DNA of 32,000 bases, taken from contig GG663750.1 in the NCBI GenBank assembly GCA_000151265.1, positions 124,195 through 156,194 on the forward strand, given 5' to 3'. Shown in pieces: positions 6,394-14,595 of this stretch (positions within the stretch are counted from its first letter, which is position 1; each line of letters starts with the position of its first letter). The position numbers and the translations under genes were made by a program. The notes beneath the pieces are model-generated. The model made no database searches and had not been told where the DNA came from. It saw only the letters and a program-made list of their open reading frames with translations. The DNA is from Micromonas pusilla. Lineage: Eukaryota.

Positions 6394-7883
6394 ATGAAAT
6401 GCACCGCGCTCGTCTCGACGTCAGTCCCCATGCGCGCGAGCGTTCCAGGGAGCGCATCGTGTCGCGGGATGTCCCTCGCGCGCGCGTTTCGAACGCGCTC
6501 CGCGACGAGTCTGGTGCGCGAATCACCCTCTCGCGCGCGCTCGTTCCTCGCTCCCCTCCCCGCGCGCGCGTCCCTCCGCTACTCCGCCCTCGAGAAAGAA
6601 ATGAAATGCCCACCTCTCGCCGCGCGGGGGCGCGCGATCTCGCGCTGACGCCCTCCCCCACCGCGCGCTGCGCTCCCATCGCGACAGGCCCGCGCCGCCG
6701 CGCACCGCGCGTCGTCGTCGTCGTTCCACAGCCAGCAGCAGCAGCGGCAGCAGCAGCAGCGGCAGCCGCGGCCGAGCGGGGGGGGCGCGCCGCCGACGCC
6801 GCAAACGCCGCCTCAGGCGCGTTCTATACACTGGTTCCCATACGACCGCGTTCGCGAGGTGAACGCCGTTCCTTAAGGACTTTCCCCGCCGCATCTCTCC
6901 GCCCACACCTCGCTTTCAATCCCCGCCCTCGACGCCTTTCAACTCCACCTGACGCCTTTCAACTCCACCCCGCCGACGCCGCAAACGCCGCAGGGCGCCG
7001 CGTCGCCCGGATTTGCCGCCAAGCCGTTCCAGGGCGTGCCTAACTTCTCCTCCGCGAGCGCGAACGCGCCGGCGTACCAGCAGCGCTTCGAACAGCGCGC
7101 GCAGCAGCAGCAGCAGCAGCAGTACGGCGGCGGCGGCGGCGGCGGCCAACAACAACAACAGCAACAGCAGCGTCCGCCGCCGCAACAGAAGCAACGCTAC
7201 GCGGCGGAGCGCGGCGGGGACGCCGGCGCGCCGAAGGTGTACTGCAACTTCGCGATTCACAAGTCGAAGACCGCGGTTCAGATGTCCGCGATCAAGCCGA
7301 CGTTCGAGCTCCTTCCGAACGGCAGCAAGCAGAAGAAACGCGACGGCGCGATGTTCCTCGAGTTCGCCCCCGTCGCGGCGGGCGCCGGGCAGAAGCAATA
7401 CGACTGGAGCAGGAAGCAGAGCATCTCGTTGTCGCCTCTGGAGTTCATGGAGTTATCGGAAGCGCTCGCGGCTAACCGCGGGGTGAACTTCTTCCACGAC
7501 CCGTGGATGGGGACGAGCCGTCAGGGCGAGACGACGAAGTCGCTGAAGGCGGAGCCGATGCCGGACGGCAGCGGGGGGATCTTCTTGAACTTGACCGTCG
7601 CGTCCGGGGGGGGGAGGGTCGAAAAGTTGAACATCGCGGTCTCGTTCCAGGAGTTTGCCGTCTTTCGAGAGGTGCGCGCGACCGCCCGCCTCTCTCGCGC
7701 TTTCGATTGAACGATTAGTTAATTTCGCGCGCCCTTCCCTTTCGTTTAATTAATTTTCGCCGCGATGCGATTCGTTCCGTTCCGACTGACCCGTCGCGAC
7801 TGACCGATCGCGTCTTCTCTCTCCAGCTCGCGAGATACTTGGTTCCGCGACTCACGGGGTTCTCGGAGCAGTTCGAGGGGTGA
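6394..7883 (+). CDS. Whirly-family single-stranded DNA-binding protein with a Gln-rich N-terminal extension
   Basis: join(6394..6513,6688..6816,6994..7671,7827..7883). The core KVYCNFAIHKSKTAVQMSAIKPTFELLPNG...MFLEFAPVAAGAGQKQYDWSRKQSISLSPLEFMEL...VNFFHDPWMGTSRQGETTKSLKAEPMPDGSGGIFLNLTV...VSFQEFAVFRE|LARYLVPRLTGF matches recalled Whirly hallmarks (YDW.KKQ, FHDP, DGSG). The N-terminal exon choice (ATG 6394 or 6430) is tentative. Confidence 0.75.
6790..6991 (+). repeat. Pair of 22-nt direct repeats (6790..6811 and 6970..6991) bracketing the truncated IE
   Basis: CCGCCGACGCCGCAAACGCCGC occurs twice, exactly 180 nt apart. The left copy is exon and encodes PPTPQTPP. The right copy forms the last 24 nt of the intron and supplies its acceptor AG. 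Confidence 0.9.
6817..6993 (+). mobile_element. Introner element type A, 3'-truncated; intron of the Whirly gene
   Basis: 177 nt, phase 0. Donor CCTCAG|GCGCGTTCTATACACTGGTTCCCATACGACC. The element stops after ...TTTCAACTCCACC. A copy of upstream exon sequence ending ...GCCGCAG|GGCGCC follows. Confidence 0.9.
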
Positions 7884-8184
7884 TGCCCGCCTGCCCCGGG
7901 GGGAGGAGTGAGTGGGGGGGCGAATGTATGATATGCGTAGAACGGGCGGGATGGGTACGTTGACGCGCGCGTCGGCGCGACGCGCGCGCTTGGACGAAAG
8001 AAGTGCATTGCAATATTGCGAAAGAAAAAAAAAAAAATCCAAAAAGTCGCCGGAGCCTCGCCTTGTCCCCGTTCATCGAGAAATCTCGTCCGCCGACGCG
8101 CGCGCGATGAACGCACGCGTTCCGCGGTAGACAGTCGCGCACGCGCGCACGTCGAATTCGCCCGCGCAAAAGCAAAAGAGAGGT

Positions 8185-8255
8185 TGCATCGCCCGGGAAT
8201 CGAACCCGGGTCTGTACCGTGGCAGGGTACTATTCTACCACTAGACCAGCGATGC
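8185..8255 (-). tRNA. trnG-GCC: tRNA-Gly (anticodon GCC)
   Basis: The minus strand reads GCATCGCTGGTCTAGTGGTAGAATAGTACCCTGCCACGGTACAGACCCGGGTTCGATTCCCGGGCGATGCA, 71 nt. Acceptor stem is GCATCGC/GCGATGC, anticodon loop CTGCCAC, T-arm GGGTTCGATTCCC. A downstream CTTTTG tract fits a Pol III terminator. Confidence 0.92.
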
Positions 8256-8401
8256 TTCAGAGGTGCGTCTAGGCGTGTGATCGCCCGAACTCGCGGTTAG
8301 TGATTTTCGGATGACAAGACTGATTATTCAACAAATATAACCCCTACAGTTTCGGGACACGACACCGGTACAAAGATGGTATCGAAGACGCGCGAAAACT
8401 G

Positions 8402-8466
8402 GTTCATCGGTCGGCTGAAAGAGGGTCGCGATCGATCACGTTTTGAAACCGAAGGGTGGGTGAAAA
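8402..8466 (-). mobile_element. Orphan, decayed type S introner fragment, antisense, about 150 nt upstream of the CCD start codon
   Basis: The minus strand reads GATTTTCACCCACCCTTCGGTTTCAAAACGTGATCGATCGCGACCCTCTTTCAGCCGACCGATGAAC. It lacks the GTGCG donor seen in other type S copies. Confidence 0.6.
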
Positions 8467-8617
8467 TCGATCGCATCGAACGCGATTCATCGCGCGCGCT
8501 CGATCTCTCATCGACTCGTGGCTGGCGCGCGTCGACGACGGAAACATCCACGGCGGTCCGTCCACGCGCGTCGGACACCGCGACCGCGCCCCGCGGCCGC
8601 GGCGCGCCCCGGAGACG

Positions 8618-8737
8618 ATGGCGTCTCGATGCGGCGCCTCCGCCGCGGCGACGGCGTCGCCGCGTCGACGCGCGACGCGCCGCGACGCGCGGGACGTCCG
8701 CGCGCCGTCCGCGTCGAGGAGGTCGAGCGATCGCGCC

Positions 8738-8778
<41 letters not shown>

Positions 8779-10884
8779 CGACGACGCGCTCGGCGCCGCC
8801 CCGGCGTGGGCGCTCGCGTCCAACAACCCGCCGCTGCGAGGAAACTTCGCGCCGGTGACGGGCGAGCTCCGCGATCCGCTCCGCGACCTGCGCGTCGACG
8901 GGACGCTCCCTCCGTCCGTCAGCGGCGTCTTCTTGCGGAACGGTCCCAACCCCGCGCGCGAACCGCTGCTCGGGGCGGACCGGTACCACTGGTTCGACGG
9001 CGACGGGATGGTGCACTGGGTGCGCTTGGACGCGACGACGCAGCGCGCGTCGTACGGGCGGAAGTACGTGCGCACGCGCGGGTTCGAGCAAGAGGAGGCG
9101 GCGGGCGAGGCGATGTACACCGGACTGCGCGACATCAATCCGATCTGGCGCGTGCTCTTGCCGCGGCTGGCGCAGAAGGTGTGGGAGTGGCGCGCGCCGG
9201 ACAGCCCGTTCTGGGTGATTCAGGCGCGTTCTCCTTCACACTGGTCCCCATACAGTACGACCGCGTCGGCGTGGTGAACGCCGATCCTCAAGGACTTTCT
9301 CTCCCGGCGCATCTCTCCGCCCAGGGTCCCTCGGTTTCAATCCCGACACGCCTCGACGCCTTTCAACTCCGCTTCTGACGCCTTTGAACGCCACCCCGAC
9401 ATTCGTCGCTTCGTGTGGAACGCGCCTCAGTCGAAGAACACGGCGAACAACGGCCTGAAGTACCACGCCGGACGGTTGCTCGCGACGTACGAGAGCGGCT
9501 CCGCGTACGAGCTGGCGTTGACGCCGGAGCTGACCACGACGGGACTGTGCGACTTCGGAGGGACGCTCGGGACGAATGACTTTTGGCTCGATAACATGAC
9601 CGCGCACGGGAAGACGTGCGCGGAGACGGGGGAGATGATGTACATAGGATACAACCTCATCGATATCAACGCGGACGGGAAGACCGAAGTCACCGTCGGC
9701 GTCGTCGACGCGGATGGAAAACGTGCGCGCCGCGTCTCCGTCCCGGTCGCGCGTCCGTCGATGCAGCACGACGTCGGCATCACGCGCACGCGCGTGGTGC
9801 TCCTCGACGGCCCGCTCGTGTTTAATCTGAACCGGGTGATGGACGGCGGGCTGCCGTTCGCGTTCGAGGGCGAAGAGACCATGCGGATCGGAATCCTCCC
9901 GCGGAAGGGCGCCGCGGACGCGTCCGACGCGGTGTGGATAGACACCGAGGAGCCGTGCTACGCGTACCACGTCGTGAACTGTTACGACGATCCGACGGAC
10001 GCGAATAAGGTGATCGTCGACGCGTGCAAGGCGGACGGGACGAACGCGTTGGGGATGGCGCGCGGGTTCGATAAGGACGCGCCGAACGGTTACGCGGTCA
10101 CCGACGCCGGGTTCGTCGCGGGCGTCGACCGCGACCGCCCGATCGAAGCGGGCGCGGTCATCGGTCGACACGCGAACGCGGTCGGCGAGGGACGGGACGT
10201 CGCCGCGATGTGGCGCTGGGTCGTGGACGTGAAGTCGAAGACGCTCGTGTCGTCGACGCGGACGTGTTCCGAGCCGTCGGGTGCGTCCTCCTACAGTATG
10301 ATATCGTCGTTTACCCACCGCTCGGTTTCAACATTTGATCGCTTCCCCTTTCCGCTGACCGATGAACATACGTATTCTGCGTGGAACGGCCCTCAGACTT
10401 CCCGTGCGTGTCCCCGCGCGTCGTCGGCGGAGAGCACCGGTACGCGTACAGCGTCGGGTACCGCCGCGGCACGGAGCCGAAGGACCGCATGGACATCCCG
10501 TCGTTCGACAGGGTGTTCAAGCACGACCTGAGAGGCGTCGAGAGGGACGACGACGAGAACGACCATACGACTAAATGCCCACACGACTCGACGACGCGGG
10601 GAGGGAGGACGCCGACGACGTACGAGCTCGGCGACGACCGCGCGTGCGGGGACATCCTCTTCGTCCCCGCGACGGACGCCGACGACGCGGAGGAGGACGA
10701 CGGTCACGTCCTCGTGTTAACGCACGTCATGGATGCGTTAGGTAACTCGACGCGGACGGAGCTGATCGTGTTGGACGCTAAGGACATGACGCCCGCGGCG
10801 ACGGTGCACGTGCCGACGCGGGTGCCGTTCGGGTTTCACAACGAGTTCGTCCCCGCGGACGCGCTTCGCGGCTGGGACGCGTGA
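8618..10884 (+). CDS. Carotenoid cleavage dioxygenase (RPE65/CCD family)
   Basis: join(8618..9223,9431..10280,10397..10884). Motifs include NFAPVTGEL, LPPSVSGVFLRNGPNP, YHWFDGDGMVHWV, ANNGLKYHAGRLLATYESG, EEPCYAYHVVN, S-D-FPCVSPRVVGGEHRYAYS, DILFVP...EDDGHVLVL and VPTRVPFGFHNEFV. ATG 8618 begins a Ser/Arg/Thr-rich presequence. Confidence 0.85.
8741..8779 (+). repeat. (ACG)13 microsatellite encoding a 13-residue poly-Thr tract in the CCD N-terminus
   Basis: acgacgacg... x13, translated TTTTTTTTTTTTT in ORF 8456..9277. Confidence 0.85.
9224..9430 (+). mobile_element. Introner element type A; intron 1 of the CCD gene
   Basis: 207 nt, phase 0. Donor ATTCAG|GCGCGTTCTCCTTCACACTGGTCCCCATACAGTACGACC, acceptor ...GTGTGGAACGCGCCTCAG|TCG. 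Splicing joins ...PFWVIQ|SKNTANNGLKYH. Confidence 0.9.
10281..10396 (+). mobile_element. Introner element type S (short) with a type-A-like 3' end; intron 2 of the CCD gene
   Basis: 116 nt, phase 1. Donor TCGG|GTGCGTCC. Body TTTACCCACCGCTCGGTTTCAACATTTGATCGCTTCCCCTTTCCGCTGACCGATGAAC. Tail CATACGTATTCTGCGTGGAACGGCCCTCAG|. Confidence 0.85.
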
Positions 10885-11152
10885 GAGAATATCTACGGTA
10901 TGCGATAGGCGTCCCGTAGTGTGCGCACTGTGACAAATTACCTTACCTTCGCGGGTGGGGAATAACCTTATGTAGGGCTAGACGTGAGACGAAACGACGA
11001 AACGAACATCTGAATGTTCTAACGCGTACGAGTAACATTTATGCGTCGCGCGCGAGCACTTCCGCGCGTCTAGGCGCGACGCGCGTCGCCGACCAAACAG
11101 AACGCGTCGTCGTCGTCCGTCCGTCACCGTCTTCTCTTCGTCAATTCAATCA

Positions 11153-12708
11153 TCACTTCGTCGCCTCGATCGACCCCCCCGACGCGGCGAGCTTCCGCCG
11201 TTTCAACAGATACAAACCGTACAACGCCGCCCCCGTGCACGCTAACCCCGCGCCGTACTTCCAGTACGTAAGGTCGCATACGTGCATTCATCAAAGCCAG
11301 GTGAGTCATCGACAAATACACGTTCACAGGGGATGAAAGAGGGGAAACAGGCGGGAGAACTAGATACAGTAGGCCCAGACCAGTTCCACGGCGCCGGATA
11401 CAACAGCATGGACGCGCCGATGGATATCATCTTCCTCGTGGACTTCACGATCTCCGTGTTCGACGCGCCGTAGTGACGAATCAGGAGCATGATGAACGAC
11501 ACGGAGAGGTACCCGAAGAGCGCCGCGACGCAGATCGCGGGCAGCACCGTCGCGTTGGCGAACGCGTGCGCGAACGCGGGTAGGAGCTCCCCTGAGGGTC
11601 GTTCCATACGAGCGAATGTCGGGGTGGAGTTGAAAGGCGTCAGAAGCGGAGTTGAAAGGCGTCGAGGGCGGGGGGTATTGAAAGCGGGGGGTGGGCGGAG
11701 AGATGCGCCGGGAAAAGTCCTTAAGGATCGGCGTTCACCACGCCGACGCGGTCGTATGGGGACCAGTGTATAGAACGCGCCTGAGAAGAGCATCGCGATC
11801 GCGCTGAATCCGATCCCGATGAGATTGCTGTGGAAGACCACCTCCGCGTGCGTGACCGGGTCGGGGATGTTAAAGAACCGCCGCTCCTCGAAGTTCCCCG
11901 CGGCGGAGTCGAGGAAGAGCGCGACGAAGATCATCACCACGCCGGTCGGGTCGAAGCTCGGCGCCGCGTCCACGTCTGCGATATCAATCGTCGGTCGAGA
12001 GAAGACGCGCGTCAGGTCAGTCGCGCGGGGACGTGATCGGTGGATATCATTCACACGGGAGCGTATGGGAAGTAGTCTCACCGCCCATCGTGAACAACGC
12101 GATGCCGCAGACGAGGAGGATCGCGCAACCGTACTCGTCGCGACCGTACGTCCGGCCTTGCATGAACGTCCCCAAGATCATCGTCGGGATCACCTTCGAG
12201 CTCTTCGCGACGATGCGCGTCGTGTAGTTTAAGTACTGCATCGCCGCGTTCGTGATCCACATGCTCCCCGTGGTTATCGCGGCGAGGATGAGGTAGTTTC
12301 GCCACGACCCTTTTCGCACCGCGTCGTTCGATTTCTTACGCTCGATCGCCGCCGCGGCGCAGTACACGAGCGTCGTGAAGAGCGTCACCATGCCGCCGTA
12401 GTGGAAGTCCGCGCCTCGGAACACGCCCTCCTGCGTCGCCGTGAACCCTGCGGAGGAAGCGTGAACGGGGAGGTCAGCGAACGATCGATCGACAACGGAC
12501 GGGACGAAAAAAAAAATAAGATTTATTCGATTCGAAGGAGGGCCGGGGCCGGGGACGCGCCGAGGTACGACAGGATCGCGCCGCTGACGAGGAAGTACAC
12601 GAGGTCTTTGTCCGACATCCGAAGCGGAACCCCCCACAGCTTCGCCGGGTCCCTGTGATGCGGCGCGGCGTGCGATATCCCGGACTCCACGTCGACGTGG
12701 CCCCCCAT
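11153..12708 (-). CDS. UAA/SLC35B-type nucleotide-sugar (or PAPS) transporter
   Basis: complement(join(11153..11257,11368..11591,11781..11975,12082..12447,12561..12708)). Spliced sequence reads ...DLVYFLVSGAILSYL-G-FTATQEGVFRGADFHYGGMVTLF...ITNAAMQYLNYTTRIVAKSSKVIPTMILGTFMQGRTYGRDEYGCAILLVCGIALFTMG-D-VDAAP...EVVFHSNLIGIGFSAIAMLFS-G-ELLPAF...IRHYGASNTEIVKSTRKMISIGASMLLYP...YGAGLACTGAALYGLYLLKRRK. It resembles the pattern AL.Y..YP...L.KS.K.IPVM and TTRK of this family. The last intron (11258..11367, donor ACT|GTATCT) is tentative. Confidence 0.7.
11592..11780 (-). mobile_element. Introner element type A; intron of the SLC35-type transporter gene
   Basis: 189 nt (a multiple of 3), phase 1. Donor TTCTCAG|GCGCGTTCTATACACTGGTCCCCATACGACC, acceptor ...GTATGGAACGACCCTCAG|GGGAGC. 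Track ORF 11242..12081 reads straight through it without a stop. Confidence 0.9.
11976..12081 (-). mobile_element. Introner element type C (short form); intron of the transporter gene
   Basis: 106 nt, phase 1. Sequence GGCG|GTGAGACTACTTCCCATACGCTCCCGTGTGAATGATATCCACCGATCACGTCCCCGCGCGACTGACCTGACGCGCGTCTTCTCTCGACCGACGATTGATATCGCAG|. It shares head, GATATCCACCRATCAC, GACTGAC and CTCGACCGA blocks with 14794..14969. Confidence 0.8.
12448..12560 (-). other. GC-AG intron with an IE-like donor (G|GCGCGTCCCC)
   Basis: 113 nt, phase 1. Branch-like GCTGACC, acceptor CTTCCTCCGCAG|GG. Splicing joins ...AILSYL-G-FTATQEG. There is no clear IE body. Confidence 0.6.
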
Positions 12709-13379
12709 CGTGATGATCGACGCGTCTCTCCTCTCGTAGTCCGCCAGAGTGCCGAACCGCGCCGCGATCGACACTGACTCCTCCGTCGGCGTCTTCGTCG
12801 AGCGCGCGCGCTTCCCTTCCCTTCCCTCCCTAGGCGCGATCGCCCCTCGCTCGACCGTTCTTCGCCCTCGCCGCGACTCCGCGAGACGTCGCGGACGCGG
12901 AGGACGCGCGCGCGGTGTCGTGTGCGCGGACGTCGGACGCTCGGGGGCTGCTCACCGCTGCTTCTGCGGTCCACGCGAGCGGACTGGACGCGGGCCGCGA
13001 TCGCGCGGCGCCGACCGACCGAGCTCTCATCATCAGTCAGGTCTCGCGCGAGGAGTCGAACCGTCGTCGCTCGGCGCGCCTCGGAACCGCCGCTCGCGTC
13101 GACGTCGCGTCCGTCCGCGCCTCCGCCGCGCGCGCGCCACTTCGCTCGCGCGCGCGCGTCGAGAAGACCCCCGCCCCCGCCCGTCGTCCTCGAGGTGCGC
13201 CGCGACCGCGCGCATCTGCGTCGCGGTCGCCGCCGCGCGTCCCCGCGTCGCGCGCGCGCGTTTTCATCCGTCGTCGATTCGCGCGACGCGACGCCTCGAC
13301 TCCCGCCGCGTTTCTTCACTCCGCTCACGCGTCCGTCCGCCGCGCAGCTCCTCCCTCGCGCCCTCTCCGTCCGTCCGCC

Positions 13380-14455
13380 ATGGTCGAACGCAACCCGTGG
13401 TACTCGCGCGTGAAGGGCCCGTTCCCGGAGTCGTACGGCTGCGTCGGCGTCAAGCCCGACGGCGGCGGCAGCATGCGCGGCCGCGGCACCGTCGGAAAGA
13501 TGCGCGTCCATCACGCCGTCTTCAACCGCGACTCAGGCGCGTTCTATACACTGGTCCCCATACGACCGCGCACGCGTGGTGAACGCCGATCCTTAAGGAC
13601 TTTTCCCGGCGCATCTCTCCGCCCACCCCCCGCTTTCAATACCCGCCCTCGACGCCTTTCAACTCCATCTGACGCCTTTCAACTCCACCCCGACGTTCGC
13701 TCGTATGGAACGACCCTCAGATCTGATCAAGAAGCTGATCGATGACGGCGACGACGTCAACGAGGTCGAGGGCGCGGGGAACACGCCACTCTTCTGCGCC
13801 GCGTACGACGGCTGGAACGAGGGCGTCGAGCTCCTGTGCGAGCTCGGCGCGAAGGTCAACGCGAGCAACAACGTGCGCGGCTCGCGACGCGTCGGCCGTC
13901 TCCCCTCCCCGTCGTGGTTTTGTTTTGGTTTTTTTTTTCTCCTCACGGGTCCGAAAAAACGCTCCGCGAACCGCTCATCATCGACCGTTACGTTACTCAC
14001 GACGAATGAATGCCACTCATATCGTCATCGCGCGCAGGCCGGGGACACCGCGTGGCAGTGGGCGGCGAACATGATGCACGACAGCACGTGCGAAGTGCTA
14101 GAGAAGTTGGGCGCGGACAAAGAGTACCTCGGCCGCGTCATCGTCCCGGAACACATCCCGAAGGCGCGTCCGCCCGCGTCCGCCTTCGCGTTTCGCGCCT
14201 GACTGTTTGCGCGTACGGCGATTCGACGACGCCCTCAAAACCCTAACTCACCCCTAACGAATTAAACAAACCTGCGCTCGAACCTCACGTACACGTCAAC
14301 AGGTGAAGGACTTTTACGATCTCCCCGACGGGAAGGAACACCCGAAGCCGTCGCTCGAGTACCTCGAGTGGCAGAAACAAAAAGACGCCGAGCGCGAAGT
14401 CGACGAAACCGCGCAGTGGGACGAGTGGTCCAAGCCGGGGAAGCCGGAGCCGTGA
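13380..14455 (+). CDS. Small ankyrin-repeat protein
   Basis: join(13380..13536,13721..13872,14038..14163,14303..14455). Sequence MVERNPWYSRVKGPFPESYGC...AVFNRDS-D-LIKKLIDDGDDVNEVEGAGNTPLFCAAYDGWNEGVELLCELGAKVNASNN|AGDTAWQWAANMMHDSTCEVLEKLGADKEY...IPK|VKDFYDLPDGKEHPKPSLEYLEWQKQKD...KPEP*. The pattern G.TPL..AA..G....V.LL...GA.VNA is the ankyrin signature. Confidence 0.75.
13537..13720 (+). mobile_element. Introner element type A; intron 1 of the ankyrin gene
   Basis: 184 nt, phase 1. Donor GACTCAG|GCGCGTTCTATACACTGGTCCCCATACGACC, acceptor ...CGCTCGTATGGAACGACCCTCAG|AT. Confidence 0.9.
14164..14302 (+). other. GC-AG intron with an IE-like donor (AAG|GCGCGTCCGCCC)
   Basis: 139 nt, phase 0. CTAAC-type branch candidates (AAACCCTAACTCACCCCTAACG), acceptor GTCAACAG|GTG. 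Confidence 0.6.
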
Positions 14456-14595
14456 GGAGCGTCCACGTGGACGTTGTGATTCGATGTGGTTGGTTCGGAC
14501 GTGCCACGCGTCGTCGGCTGATTCACCGAACGAAGACGCGAGAGAAGACGACTGCACTCTGTGATCTAATCATCTTCTTCGTCGTCGACGTCCGT

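Noticed and set aside
8324-9138. Minus-strand ORFs 8324..9091 and 8404..9138 antisense to the CCD gene
   Set aside because: They are Arg/Pro-rich mirror frames of a GC3-rich coding region. The plus strand has unmistakable CCD motifs.
11043-11084. GC-rich inverted repeat (GCGTCGCGC ... GCGCGACGC) in the convergent gap 10885..11152, considered as a terminator hairpin
   Set aside because: The arms are short and imperfect in a CpG-rich context where such matches are common, and eukaryotic Pol II termination does not require hairpins. Nothing else supports a function.
12474-13514. 346-aa minus-strand ORF and several plus-strand ORFs (12749..13582, 12922..13413) in the gap between the transporter and ankyrin genes
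   Set aside because: These are low-complexity Arg/Ser/Ala sequences with no codon bias or family resemblance. The region is better explained as a 670-bp divergent promoter and UTR interval.
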